Shown piece by piece: positions 14,070-23,959 of a stretch of DNA of 34,765 nt (position 1 is its first letter; each line of letters opens with the position of its first letter). Source of the stretch: Clostridia bacterium (GTDB lineage: Bacteria; Bacillota; Clostridia; Oscillospirales; CAG-272). The translations under genes were made by a program, and so were the position numbers. The DNA lies in the NCBI GenBank assembly GCA_017452335.1, contig JAFTMP010000026.1:1-34765 (forward strand), in the 5' to 3' direction. The notes below the pieces were generated by a model. That model made no database searches and had not been told where the DNA came from. It saw nothing but the letters and a program-made list of their open reading frames with translations.

Positions 14070-15704
14070 TCAGCCTTGCTTTCGTTGCACGTTTTTTTGA
14101 ATCTTGCCGCTGATCGTTTTCGGCATTTCTTCTGCAAATTCAATGATGCGTATCCACTTGTACTCGGCAAGCTGTTGATTACAGAACTCCTTGATTTCCA
14201 GTTCCAGTTCCTTTGTCGGTGCGTATCCTCTGCCGAGTACGATCACCGCTTTGATCGCCTGACCTCGAAGGGAGTCCGGCACACCGATAACACTGCACTC
14301 TACAACTGCGGAATGCTCCATCAGAATGTTTTCCACTTCGTAAGGCCCTACACGAAATCCCCCCGTTTTGATAATATCGTCAAAACGACCGTGGAACCAA
14401 TAACGTCCGTTTTCATCCATATATGCCGCATCGCCCGTGTGGTACACGCCGTCACGCCACACGTAGTTATACTGCGGTTCATTGTCAAGATAAGCAGTAA
14501 ATACACCGGTTTGTTTGTACGGCTGTTCAGGGATAATGACCACTTCTCCGATTTCATTTACTCCAACGGGTTTGCCGTCTTTACCCCGAAGCTCAATATT
14601 GTAAAAAGGTGAGGGCACACCCATCGAGCCGGGGGCAGCTGTCATTCCTTTGAAATTCGCAAGCAGCAAGGTCGTTTCGGTTTGACCGTAACCCTCGCAG
14701 AGGGTGAGCCCTGTTCGTTCGGTAAATTTACGGAATACTTCGGGTGCCAGCATTTCACCTGCCGTGGAAGCGTGCTTTAATGTCGGCATATCGGGAATCC
14801 CCTTACGAACGAGATAGCGGTATACCGTGGGCGGAGCACAGAAAGATGTCACGGCGTATTTGTTGATGATATGTGTGAGCTGTTTGGGCTCGAAATTGTC
14901 AAAGTCATAGACCATAACGGCACTGCCTACAAGCCATTGACCGTAAAGCTTGCCCCAGGATGCTTTTGCCCAGCCTGTTTCTGCGATGGTAAAGTGAAGT
15001 CCGTTATCTTCTGCTTGTTGCCAATATTTTGCGGTTGCGATATGAGCAAGAGGATAACTGTGTTCGTGAATAACGCCCTTGGGATAACCTGTGGTACCGG
15101 ATGTAAAATACAGCATCATAGGATCGGTCGCTTGCGTAGGAACACGTTCAAGCTCTTTGCTTGCCGTTTGCATAGCGGATGTAATGTTTTCAAATCCCTC
15201 TACGTCAGCCTGCACACACCAAAGCTTTGCAGTCATACCCGATTGCTTTAACGCTTCAAGAAGCTTTCGGGGCACTTCGTTTTGCGAGGTGCAGACGATC
15301 GCCTTTGCTTTAGACGCTTTGATACGGTAAACAAGGTCGCTTACCGTCAGCATGTGTGTAGCCGGAATCATCACGGCACCCAGCTTGTGCAGAGCCACCG
15401 CCGCAAACCAATATTCGAAGTGGCGTTTGAGTATCAACATCACACGGTCACCGTGACCGATGCCTGCATTTCTGAATACATTCGCCATTTGATTGCTGTA
15501 TTTTTTTATATCGGAGAAGGTGAAGATGTGTTCCTCTCCTTCAACATTGCACCATACAAGCGCTCTTTTATCAGGTGTTTCGTCTGCTATTTTATCAACG
15601 ACATCATAACCGAAATTAAAATTGTCGGGATAGTCCAGTGTTAGTTTTTTCAGATTACCGTTCTCATCGGTAATCTCGTGGCAATAGTTCTGGTATATGC
15701 TCAT
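14070..15704 (-). CDS. AMP-forming acyl-CoA synthetase (medium-chain/ACSM-like adenylate-forming enzyme)
   Basis: Motifs YFTSGTTGYPKG (AMP-binding motif I), GYGQTE, TGD and ISGKI(Q)K. ATG 15704 is chosen because the alignable N-terminus DYPDNFNFGYDVVD starts shortly after it. The TTG at 15776 has no SD. Confidence 0.8.
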   Translation of the reverse strand: MSIYQNYCHEITDENGNLKKLTLDYPDNFNFGYDVVDKIADETPDKRALVWCNVEGEEHIFTFSDIKKYSNQMANVFRNAGIGHGDRVMLILKRHFEYWFAAVALHKLGAVMIPATHMLTVSDLVYRIKASKAKAIVCTSQNEVPRKLLEALKQSGMTAKLWCVQADVEGFENITSAMQTASKELERVPTQATDPMMLYFTSGTTGYPKGVIHEHSYPLAHIATAKYWQQAEDNGLHFTIAETGWAKASWGKLYGQWLVGSAVMVYDFDNFEPKQLTHIINKYAVTSFCAPPTVYRYLVRKGIPDMPTLKHASTAGEMLAPEVFRKFTERTGLTLCEGYGQTETTLLLANFKGMTAAPGSMGVPSPFYNIELRGKDGKPVGVNEIGEVVIIPEQPYKQTGVFTAYLDNEPQYNYVWRDGVYHTGDAAYMDENGRYWFHGRFDDIIKTGGFRVGPYEVENILMEHSAVVECSVIGVPDSLRGQAIKAVIVLGRGYAPTKELELEIKEFCNQQLAEYKWIRIIEFAEEMPKTISGKIQKNVQRKQG

Positions 15705-15806
15705 AATTAAGTCCAAAGCTTTCGCATTGCGAAAGCTTTCCTTTCTTTGGGAATTGGGGCTGGTTTTGCTCTGCAAAATCGCGGTTGAAAGATTGATCTT
15801 TCAAAC

Positions 15807-16598
15807 TTACTCCTTGATGACCGCGCCCGTGCCGATGTTGCGGAATCTGTCGTAACGGTTTGAGACGAGATCAGGATCATGTTCCAGTTCTTCGAGTTCC
15901 TCGGTCAAAAGGGTACGGATACGGTCATAAAATTCTTTTTTGCCGATTTCTTTTTCAGAAAGGATGCGCTCGATCACACCGAGACTTTTGGCATCTTCTG
16001 CCGTCAATTTCAAGCTTTGCGCCGCAGTTTCTGCTTTTGCCAAGTCTTTCCAAAGAATACTTGCACAGCCTTCGGGAGAAATAACCGAGTAAACGGCATT
16101 CTGCAGCATCCATACGCGGTCCGCTACCGCAAGCGCCAAAGCACCGCCGCTACCGCCTTCGCCAATCAGAATAGAAATAACGGGAACACACAGCGTTGAC
16201 ATTTCCATCAAGTTTTCGGCAATCGCCTGCCCTTGCCCACGTTCTTCAGCACCGATGCCGCAGAAAGCACCGGAGGTGTCGATGAAGCAGATAATCGGTC
16301 TGCCGAACTTTTCAGCCTGCTTCATAAGGCGCAGAGCTTTGCGATAGCCTTCCGGATTTGGTGCACCGAAATTACGGTAGGTGCGTTCCTTGGCTGTGTG
16401 TCCCTTTTCAATAGCAATAACGGTAACCGGACTGCCATTCAGCCTGGCAATACCGCCGACGATTGCCGGATCATCGGCATAGCGTCGATCGCCATGGAAC
16501 TCAATGAAACCCTTAAAAATATTTCTGATATAATCAAGCCCTGTCGGTCTGTCCTTATCACGGGCGAGCTTCACTCTTTCATAAGCTGATTCACTCAT
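15807..16598 (-). CDS. accA: Acetyl-CoA carboxylase carboxyltransferase alpha subunit
   Basis: 263 aa. RPTGLDYI...FIEFHGDR...[21 protein letters not shown] are canonical AccA motifs. The start overlaps the accD stop (TAATG). Confidence 0.9.
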   Translation of the reverse strand: MSESAYERVKLARDKDRPTGLDYIRNIFKGFIEFHGDRRYADDPAIVGGIARLNGSPVTVIAIEKGHTAKERTYRNFGAPNPEGYRKALRLMKQAEKFGRPIICFIDTSGAFCGIGAEERGQGQAIAENLMEMSTLCVPVISILIGEGGSGGALALAVADRVWMLQNAVYSVISPEGCASILWKDLAKAETAAQSLKLTAEDAKSLGVIERILSEKEIGKKEFYDRIRTLLTEELEELEHDPDLVSNRYDRFRNIGTGAVIKE

Positions 16599-17455
16599 TA
16601 AATTGCCCTCCCATCGTGCATCTTCAGTATCTCGGTCAGATATTTCTTTTGGCTCACGCGTGGAATAATGCTGTCAATAAATCCGTGCTCCAGAACAAAC
16701 TCTGACTGTTGAAAGCCCTTGGGAAGGGATTTCTTTGTGGTCTGTTCAATGACTCTTGTACCTGCGAAACCGACCGTAGCCCCGGGTTCTGCTAAAATAA
16801 TATCGGCTTCCATGGCAAAGCTGGCAGTAACGCCGCCTGTTGTGGGGTCGGTAAGCACCGCAATATATAACAGTCCTGCATCGCTGTGGCGCTTGACGGC
16901 AGCACTTGTTTTTGCCATTTGCATGAGGGACAAAAGACCTTCCTGCATACGGGCACCGCCCGATACGGTAAATCCGATCACAGGCAAGCGATACTGTATT
17001 GCATACTCAAAAAGCAAGGTTATTTTCTCACCGACAGCACTCCCCATACTGCCCATCATAAAATAGGATTCCATGACGAACAGACAGCATTTCTGCTTTC
17101 CGATCATTGCCGTACCGCATAGAACGGCTTCTCTTTCGCCGCTTGCCGCACGAACCGTTTCAATCTTGTCTCTATATCCCGGAAAGTTTAAGGGATTATC
17201 TGCTTTCATGCCGGAGAACAATTCACGAAAGCGGCCTTTATCGGCAATCATCTGAATACGCTGACGGGCTTTCATGCGGAAATGGTAACCGCAAGGACAC
17301 ACAAGGTCGTTTGCCCAAAGACGGCTGAGGGCAATATCTTTATGACAATTGGGGCAATTTTTTTCGGGCTCACCGGCATCTCGTTGTATCGGAGCGGAGG
17401 TGCGTCCCCCTTCTTCCAGCTGATTTTTCGGTTTCAAAAAATTCATCACTGCCAT
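16598..17455 (-). CDS. accD: Acetyl-CoA carboxylase carboxyltransferase beta subunit
   Basis: 285 aa. N-terminal Cys zinc ribbon (CPNC...CPCGYHFRM) followed by the carboxyltransferase domain ([16 protein letters not shown]). Confidence 0.9.
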   Translation of the reverse strand: MAVMNFLKPKNQLEEGGRTSAPIQRDAGEPEKNCPNCHKDIALSRLWANDLVCPCGYHFRMKARQRIQMIADKGRFRELFSGMKADNPLNFPGYRDKIETVRAASGEREAVLCGTAMIGKQKCCLFVMESYFMMGSMGSAVGEKITLLFEYAIQYRLPVIGFTVSGGARMQEGLLSLMQMAKTSAAVKRHSDAGLLYIAVLTDPTTGGVTASFAMEADIILAEPGATVGFAGTRVIEQTTKKSLPKGFQQSEFVLEHGFIDSIIPRVSQKKYLTEILKMHDGRAI

Positions 17456-17459
17456 AGCG

Positions 17460-18767
17460 TCACCTGTTTTTCATAAAAGTCAAATCATAAATACCGGATG
17501 TGAAGCGCTCATCCTCCACGATCCGCAACTGTTCTTCAATATTTGTCGGTATACCTTCGATCACCAATTCGCATAAAGCTGCACGCATCTTTCGCAAGGT
17601 TTCCTCGCGGGTTTTGGCAAACACGATCAGCTTGCCGAGCAGCGAATCGTAATACGGTGATACGGTTGTTCCGGCAATCAGGCAGGTATCAAAACGTACC
17701 GAGGGACCTCCGGGAACGTGGAGCATTTTCAGCGTTCCGCAGCTTCCCGCGTTGATACGGCATTCGATAGCCGATCCGCTTATCCGAATATCCTTCAGTG
17801 TGAAGTTCAGCGGAATACCGGCGGCAATACGGATCTGCCATTTTACAAGGTCATAGCCTGTCAACATTTCGGTAACACAGTGTTCCACCTGCAAGCGGAC
17901 ATTCATTTCCATAAACCAGAAGTTGCCGTCTTGATCAAGCAAAAATTCAAGCGTTCCGGCACCTACATAGCCGATTTTCTTTACGGCATCTACCGCAAGC
18001 TCTATGATCTTCTGCCGTTGCTCGTTGGTTACTGCAGGAGAAGGCGTTTCTTCGATCAGCTTTTGGTTTCTTCTTTGCAACGAGCAGTCACGGTCACCGA
18101 GACATACGGCGTTTCCGTGCTCATCTGCAAGGATCTGCAATTCCACGTGTCTTGCGGGGAAGATGTATTTTTCAAGATATACGCTTCCGTCACCGAAAGC
18201 ACCGATCGCTTCGGTCGTTGCTTGTAAATACGCATCGTCCAGCTCATCTGCAAAACGGATCAAGCGAATACCTCGACCACCGCCGCCTGCGCAGGCTTTG
18301 AGCATCACAGGGTAGCCGATTCTTTCGGCTGCTTTTTTTGCTTCTTCTGCAGATGCTATGGCCTTTGTGCCGGGTATTACGGAAAGTCCCGTATCGCGGA
18401 TCAGCTCTTTCAGTATTGCTTTGTCGCTTAGCCGTTCCATACTTTCGGGATCGGGCCCGATAAAGGAAAGTCCGTTTTTTCTGCAAAGCCGTGCAAAGTG
18501 TGCATTTTCAGAAAGAAAGCCGTATCCGGGATGGATCGCTTGGGCGCCTGCCAAAATAGCGGTACTGATTATTTGATTTTCATTCAGATAGCTTTCCGAA
18601 GGCTCATTGCCGCCGATGCAATAGCTTTGGTCGGCAAGTGCTACGTGCAAGGCGTTTTTATCCGCCTCGGAATATACAGCCACTGTAGCCACGCCCATCT
18701 CCTTACAAGCTCTGATAATACGGACGGCGATCTCGCCGCGGTTGGCGATCAGTATTTTTGAAAACAT
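17460..18767 (-). CDS. accC: Biotin carboxylase
   Basis: 435 aa. KILIANRGEIAVRIIRACKEMG, the ATP-grasp motif KACAGGGGRGIRL, and EMNVRLQVEH. Confidence 0.92.
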   Translation of the reverse strand: MFSKILIANRGEIAVRIIRACKEMGVATVAVYSEADKNALHVALADQSYCIGGNEPSESYLNENQIISTAILAGAQAIHPGYGFLSENAHFARLCRKNGLSFIGPDPESMERLSDKAILKELIRDTGLSVIPGTKAIASAEEAKKAAERIGYPVMLKACAGGGGRGIRLIRFADELDDAYLQATTEAIGAFGDGSVYLEKYIFPARHVELQILADEHGNAVCLGDRDCSLQRRNQKLIEETPSPAVTNEQRQKIIELAVDAVKKIGYVGAGTLEFLLDQDGNFWFMEMNVRLQVEHCVTEMLTGYDLVKWQIRIAAGIPLNFTLKDIRISGSAIECRINAGSCGTLKMLHVPGGPSVRFDTCLIAGTTVSPYYDSLLGKLIVFAKTREETLRKMRAALCELVIEGIPTNIEEQLRIVEDERFTSGIYDLTFMKNR

Positions 18768-18770
18768 CGT

Positions 18771-19193
18771 TTACGCTCCTGTAATCGCAAAGGAAAATTC
18801 GGCGGATACGCAGAGTCTGCCTTCCACGCTAATCGTGCCTTCTGCAAAATAAAAGGGATGCTTTGCTCTTTTAATATGGCACTGTGCTTCGATCCGATCA
18901 CCCGGCTTTACGGGCGAACGAAATTTTACATTATTCAGTCCTGTGTAAACAGGCAGCGTTCCCTCGCTCAGTGCATCCTGCATCAGTATGCAGGCGGACT
19001 GTGCCAAGATCTCGCAGAGAATAACGCCCGGAACAATGGGGTTATCGGGGAAATGACCTTTTAGGAAAAATTCATCTCCACGAACGGTATAATGCCCGAT
19101 GGCAGTACCGTCCTTATTTTCTACATCGTCCAAGAGCAGCATATTGTCCCTGTGCGGCAATATTGTCATTATTTCATTTCTGTTCATAGTCAT
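18771..19193 (-). CDS. fabZ: 3-hydroxyacyl-ACP dehydratase
   Basis: 140 aa. ILPHRDNMLLLD...GHFPDNPIVPGVILCE is the hot-dog-fold FabZ signature. Confidence 0.9.
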   Translation of the reverse strand: MTMNRNEIMTILPHRDNMLLLDDVENKDGTAIGHYTVRGDEFFLKGHFPDNPIVPGVILCEILAQSACILMQDALSEGTLPVYTGLNNVKFRSPVKPGDRIEAQCHIKRAKHPFYFAEGTISVEGRLCVSAEFSFAITGA

Positions 19194-19615
19194 TACCTCT
19201 TGATACGGAACAGCTCCGTGCCGTATTCCACAACCTGACCGTTGGTAACGCAGATGTCCGAGACAACACCGTCTTCTTCAGTGGTGATCTCATTCATCAG
19301 CTTCATGGCTTCTACAATGCAGAGCGTCTGACCTTTCTTTACGCGATCTCCGATGGCTACATAAGGATCTGCGTTTTCGGCAGGTGCGGCGTAAAATACA
19401 CCGACTATCGGAGAGTTCACGCTGATATAATCTTTCGGTTCAGATGTTGTTTGTATATCACCGACAGATTCGGTAACAGAATATATGGTTTCTTTTGTCG
19501 GTGGTGAAACGGAACGTTCCAAACGAACTTTGCTGTTTTCTTCTGTGATTTCAAGTCCGGTCAACCCAAGTTCCTTCATCAGTTCGGCATATTTGCGAAT
19601 ATCTGTTTCTTTCAT
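19193..19615 (-). CDS. accB: Biotin carboxyl carrier protein
   Basis: 140 aa from ATG 19615 (SD gaaaggtg, 4 nt after the fabF stop). Biotinylation motif CIVEAMKLMNEI. Confidence 0.9.
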   Translation of the reverse strand: MKETDIRKYAELMKELGLTGLEITEENSKVRLERSVSPPTKETIYSVTESVGDIQTTSEPKDYISVNSPIVGVFYAAPAENADPYVAIGDRVKKGQTLCIVEAMKLMNEITTEEDGVVSDICVTNGQVVEYGTELFRIKR

Positions 19616-19619
19616 CGGA

Positions 19620-20858
19620 TTACACCTTTCTGAAAGCAAGACAAGCGTTATGACCGCCGAACCCGAGAGAATTGGAAAGAGCCAATGTAATATCGGCGTT
19701 TACTGCCTTGTTCGGTACGCAGTTCAGGTCGCAAGCTTCGTCCTGCTCGTTCAAATTGATGGTAGGCGGAATTACACCCTCGTTCAGCGCGAAAAGACAA
19801 GCCAATGCCTCGATGGCACCTGCCGCACCGAGCATGTGACCGGTCATGGACTTGGTGGAGCTGACATACGCATTTCTTGCATTTTCTTCGCCAAGTGCTT
19901 TCTTAATAGCGGCGGTTTCGATTACATCATTCATCGGAGTGCCCGTGCCGTGTGCATTGACGTATACCACATCGTTTTTTATGTATTCCGCCTCTTTCAT
20001 AGCATCCATCATAGCCTGAGTACCCCCTCTTGCTTCGGGATGGGGCGCTGTGATGTGATGTGCGTCGCAGGTAGAACCATACCCGCAAACTTCGCCGTAG
20101 ATCTTAGCGCCACGTGCCTTTGCGTGCTCGTATTCCTCCAAAACAAGTGCAACGGCACCTTCACCGATCACAAACCCGCCTCTGCGTTTATCAAACGGCA
20201 GGGATGCTTCATCGGGATTTTCGGAAGTTGACAACGCCTGCATATTGACAAAGCCTGCAACGGCAGATGGAATGATAGCGGCTTCCGCACCACCGGTAAT
20301 TACTGCATCCGCATATCCGTGACGGACCAGACGCATTGCTTCACCGATCGCATTGGAGCCGGAAGCACAAGCGGTTACTGTAGGCATAGCAGAACCGCGG
20401 CAGTCGTGACGAATGGCAATCATACCTGCCGCCATATTGCCGATCATCATAGGAACAAACAGCGGCGATACACGGCGAGGCCCTTTTTCCATCAGTTTGG
20501 TATGTTCGGTTTCGAAGGTACTGATACCACCGATGCCGGTGCCGAAGATCACTGCAAAGCGTTCGGGCTCAACGGTACCTTGAACACCGCTTTCATCCAC
20601 TGCCTGTTGCGCAGCCGCAACGGCAAACTGCGCATAGCGGTCGGTACGGAGTATATCGTTTACTTCCAAGTATTCTTTGGGATCAAACCCCTTCACTTCA
20701 GCGCCCAGCTTTGCTTTGTATTTTTCTGTATTAAAAAGTGTAATGGGAGCAATGCCGTTTTTACCGTTTTTCATACCTTTCCAGGTATCTGTCACATTGT
20801 TTCCCAAGGGGGTAATTGCACCGATACCGGTGACGACGACTCTTCTGTTTTCACTCAT
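19620..20858 (-). CDS. fabF: Beta-ketoacyl-ACP synthase II
   Basis: 412 aa from ATG 20858 (SD aaggag). Active-site motifs TACASGS, NAHGTGTP and GHMLGAAG. Confidence 0.92.
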   Translation of the reverse strand: MSENRRVVVTGIGAITPLGNNVTDTWKGMKNGKNGIAPITLFNTEKYKAKLGAEVKGFDPKEYLEVNDILRTDRYAQFAVAAAQQAVDESGVQGTVEPERFAVIFGTGIGGISTFETEHTKLMEKGPRRVSPLFVPMMIGNMAAGMIAIRHDCRGSAMPTVTACASGSNAIGEAMRLVRHGYADAVITGGAEAAIIPSAVAGFVNMQALSTSENPDEASLPFDKRRGGFVIGEGAVALVLEEYEHAKARGAKIYGEVCGYGSTCDAHHITAPHPEARGGTQAMMDAMKEAEYIKNDVVYVNAHGTGTPMNDVIETAAIKKALGEENARNAYVSSTKSMTGHMLGAAGAIEALACLFALNEGVIPPTINLNEQDEACDLNCVPNKAVNADITLALSNSLGFGGHNACLAFRKV

Positions 20859-20868
20859 TATTTTCTCC

Positions 20869-21597
20869 TTACATGGCGATGCCGCCGTCAACACGAAGGA
20901 CTTCGCCCGTTACGTATTTTGCGCTTGCAAGGTATGCCACTGCTTCTGCCACATCTTCTGGTTTACCCATTGTGCCAAGGGGGATCATTTTAAGCAAAGG
21001 GTTTTCTGTTTGCCCCTCTGTCATATCCGTTGCAATAAATCCGGGTGCCAGCGCATTACAGCGAATACCTTTCGGCGCCAGTTCTTTTGCAACGGACTTG
21101 GTAAGACCGATCAACCCTGCTTTGGATGCGGAATAATTACACTGTCCTGCATTACCCATCATGCCTGCCACGGAGGTGATATTGATGATGCATCCCTCAC
21201 GGTTGCGGATAAATAAGCCCGAAAGGTGGCGGATCATATTAAAAGCACCCTTAAGATTGGTATCCAAAACATCGTCATAATCTTCTTCCTTCATCATAGC
21301 CAGCATACCGTCACGGGTAATACCCGCATTGTTGACAAGAATATGTACTGTGCCGAAGTCAGCCTTGATTTTTGCCACAGTATCCTTTACGGCAGAGAAA
21401 TCTGCAACATTGCACTGATATGCTCGGGCTTGCACGCCGTTTTCTTCTTTACATCTGCTGCATACGTTCTCTGCGGCGTCATGATTTCCTGCATAGATGA
21501 CAGCAATATTGGCGCCCATAGAAGCAAGCTTACATGCAATGGCTTCACCGATTCCACGGGATCCGCCTGTTACAACGGCTGTTTTTCCTTTTAACAT
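20869..21597 (-). CDS. fabG: 3-oxoacyl-ACP reductase
   Basis: 242 aa SDR. TGGSRGIG, NNAG, YSASKAG. Confidence 0.9.
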   Translation of the reverse strand: MLKGKTAVVTGGSRGIGEAIACKLASMGANIAVIYAGNHDAAENVCSRCKEENGVQARAYQCNVADFSAVKDTVAKIKADFGTVHILVNNAGITRDGMLAMMKEEDYDDVLDTNLKGAFNMIRHLSGLFIRNREGCIINITSVAGMMGNAGQCNYSASKAGLIGLTKSVAKELAPKGIRCNALAPGFIATDMTEGQTENPLLKMIPLGTMGKPEDVAEAVAYLASAKYVTGEVLRVDGGIAM

Positions 21598-22490
21598 TCT
21601 TCCACCTCCGCAAGATATTCGGTAACACTTACTGCTTTCACATCGGTGCTGATCTTCTTAATCATATTGGTCAGCGTTTTGCCGGGACCGATTTCAATGA
21701 AGGTGTCAACACCGTCGGCAATCATATTTCGGATGATCTTTTCCCACTGCACGGGGCTGCATATTTGCTTTGAAAGCAATTCTATAGCATCCTCGCTGTA
21801 AGGTTCAGCCGTCATATTGGAATAAAGCGTAATGGTTTTTTTCCCGGTTTCTGCCTGCGCTAATTCTTTTGCAAACGCATTTGCCGCCTCGTTCATAAAG
21901 GGCGAATGGAATGCTCCTTTTACTTTAAGGGGAATGGCTCTGCCGCCTGCAGTCTTTACCTCGGCAAAAAAGTCAGCCATTTGAGAGGAACGTCCCGAAA
22001 CGGTGATCTGACCGGGACAGTTAAAGTTTACAGGGTAAACGTCCGCATACTTGCCGCAAATCTCCTGCACCTGCTGCGGAGTCAATTTCACAATTGCCGC
22101 CATGGAGGTATCAAACTTTTCGGCTTCCCGTTGCATGAGCTCTCCACGCTTGCAAACGAGACGGAAGCCTGTTTCGTTATCAAAAATGCCGCTGACAGTT
22201 GCCGCAACCACCTCACCCAGGGAGAATCCTGCAACCGCATTCGGAACGATCCCTTTTTCTATTAGAACGCTCGCCGCCGCAAGCTCCATAGCAAACAGAC
22301 AGGGTTGTGTATTTTTCGTTTCCTTTAATTCATCCTCTGTTCCTTCAAAGCACTGGGTTGATGTGCCTGGGCGAATGCGGTCGCACAGTTCATAGACCTG
22401 TGCGGCAATCGGATATTTTTCGGCAAGCTCTTTTCCCATACCGGGATATTGGTCGCCTTGACCTGAAAAAACAAATGCTATTTTACCCAT
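21591..22490 (-). CDS. fabD: Malonyl-CoA:ACP transacylase
   Basis: 299 aa. FVFSGQGDQYPGMG and the active-site motif GFSLGE. Confidence 0.9.
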   Translation of the reverse strand: MGKIAFVFSGQGDQYPGMGKELAEKYPIAAQVYELCDRIRPGTSTQCFEGTEDELKETKNTQPCLFAMELAAASVLIEKGIVPNAVAGFSLGEVVAATVSGIFDNETGFRLVCKRGELMQREAEKFDTSMAAIVKLTPQQVQEICGKYADVYPVNFNCPGQITVSGRSSQMADFFAEVKTAGGRAIPLKVKGAFHSPFMNEAANAFAKELAQAETGKKTITLYSNMTAEPYSEDAIELLSKQICSPVQWEKIIRNMIADGVDTFIEIGPGKTLTNMIKKISTDVKAVSVTEYLAEVEEC

Positions 22491-23428
22491 TCTTTTGCCC
22501 TTTGAAGGAGCGGCTCTGCATCCTCCATCACTTCCTTAACGATTTCTGCCGCAGGTTGTTCTTTATTTACCATAGCGGCGATCTGCCCCGACAGAAAACA
22601 CCCCTTTTCATTGTCGCCTTCCTGTACGGCAAGTCTGAGTGCGCCCGTCGCCAATGCTTCCAGTTCTGCATCGGGCATACCGCCGTATTCCGCTTTGGAA
22701 TAGTCCCTTGCAAACTGTGTGCGCAGACTGCGCACGGGATGACCGAGTCGTTTGCCTGTTACCATTGTGCAAAGATCGGTGGCTTTCAGAATTTTTTCTT
22801 TATATGTAGGATGAATAGAACATTCTTTTGCACTTAAAAAGCGTGTGCCCATCTGAACGCCGCACGCACCGAGCATAAAGGCTGCCGCAACACCTCTGCC
22901 GTCAGCGATACCGCCTGCGGCAATGACAGGTAAAGTGGTGGCATCACAAATTTGCGGAACGAGCACCATTGTGGTCAGCTCGCCCACGTGACCGCCGCTC
23001 TCGCCTCCTTCTGCAATCAAGGCAGAGGCGCCCAGGCGTGTCATCAGCTTTGCCATGGCAACCGAGGCAACCACAGGAATAACCTTAATGTCTGCGGCAA
23101 GCCAATCTTTAATGTATTTGGAAGGATTTCCGGCACCCGTTGTTACAACCTCAACCTTTTCTTCTATAACAACCTGAGCCACTTCGTCCGCATAGGGGCT
23201 GAGCAGCATAATATTTACGCCAATAGGGTTATCAGTGATATTCCTGGCAATACGGATCTGCTGTCTTACATACTCGCCGGGCGCATTTCCTGCCGCGATG
23301 ATGCCAAGACCGCCGCCGCCCGAGACGGCAGCGGCCAGTTTACCATCAGCGATCCAAGCCATACCACCTTGAAATACGGGGTATTGAATACCCAGCATCT
23401 CACAAATTGATGACTGAATCATAAGCAT
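22478..23428 (-). CDS. fabK: Enoyl-ACP reductase II (FMN, nitronate-monooxygenase fold)
   Basis: 316 aa. IQYPVFQGGMAWI...GAGNP...AAGGIADGRG, positioned between acpP and fabD as in other Firmicutes FASII clusters. Confidence 0.85.
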   Translation of the reverse strand: MLMIQSSICEMLGIQYPVFQGGMAWIADGKLAAAVSGGGGLGIIAAGNAPGEYVRQQIRIARNITDNPIGVNIMLLSPYADEVAQVVIEEKVEVVTTGAGNPSKYIKDWLAADIKVIPVVASVAMAKLMTRLGASALIAEGGESGGHVGELTTMVLVPQICDATTLPVIAAGGIADGRGVAAAFMLGACGVQMGTRFLSAKECSIHPTYKEKILKATDLCTMVTGKRLGHPVRSLRTQFARDYSKAEYGGMPDAELEALATGALRLAVQEGDNEKGCFLSGQIAAMVNKEQPAAEIVKEVMEDAEPLLQRAKEWVK

Positions 23429-23649
23429 TAACCCTTTTTGCTCTGGATGAACTTATCCAGATCGCCGATGGTTTCAACCTTCTGATCCAATTCAATTTCG
23501 ATACCGATCTCGTCCTCAAGGTTCATCAGAAGCTCTACTGTGTCCAGAGAATCAATCCCAAGTTCTGAAAACTTGCTCTCCGGCTTTACAGCAGAAACAT
23601 CACACCCCGTGCGTTCCGATACAATTTTTGCGATAGCGTCAAAGTACAT
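23428..23649 (-). CDS. acpP: Acyl carrier protein
   Basis: 73 aa from ATG 23649 (SD ggagg). Phosphopantetheine attachment motif LGIDSLDTVEL. The 18-codon upstream extension in the ORF track runs into the promoter. Confidence 0.9.
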   Translation of the reverse strand: MYFDAIAKIVSERTGCDVSAVKPESKFSELGIDSLDTVELLMNLEDEIGIEIELDQKVETIGDLDKFIQSKKG

Positions 23650-23705
23650 AATAGTATGCCTCCAATAAAGTATTTCAAGCAGTCCGTGACTACTCGTTGG
23701 CATTT

Positions 23706-23749
23706 ATTATACGGATGTGCTGTTCCCAAATGAGCCATCCGCTGTTCCC
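23706..23749 (-). promoter_or_regulatory. Candidate fab/acc operon promoter (-10 TATAAT) with two direct GGGAACAGC repeats
   Basis: On the minus strand, TATAAT lies at 23711-23706, about 55 nt upstream of the acpP ATG. GGGAACAGC occurs twice (plus-strand gctgttccc at 23719-23727 and 23741-23749, 22 nt apart). No good -35 box is visible. Confidence 0.3.
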
Positions 23750-23834
23750 GATGCGTTCCAAAATTATGAAATTTTTTTAACTTTAATGGATGTATAGAAT
23801 TTGGACAACATCGGTTCTATGGGTTAAAACAAAA

Positions 23835-23869
23835 AAAGACAGCATAGCCATTTCGACTATACTGTCTTT
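23835..23869 (-). terminator. Rho-independent terminator after the DUF218 gene
   Basis: On the minus strand, stem aaagacagtatag / ctatgctgtcttt (13 bp, one mismatch) is followed by tttttttgtttt. Confidence 0.7.
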
Positions 23870-23959
23870 GGGTTAGTCCTGTACCGACTTTTGCCCATTG
23901 GTCAATTGTTGTCCCTTTGCGCAGAAGCCCTTGTGTTTTGGAAGCTTTTTACTTGTCAT

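Noticed and set aside
13857-14612. A 251-aa plus-strand ORF across the regulator/synthetase intergenic region.
   Set aside because: It is antisense to the acyl-CoA synthetase and to the regulator 5' end. Its sequence is an AT-rich, Phe/Ile/Leu-heavy artefact.
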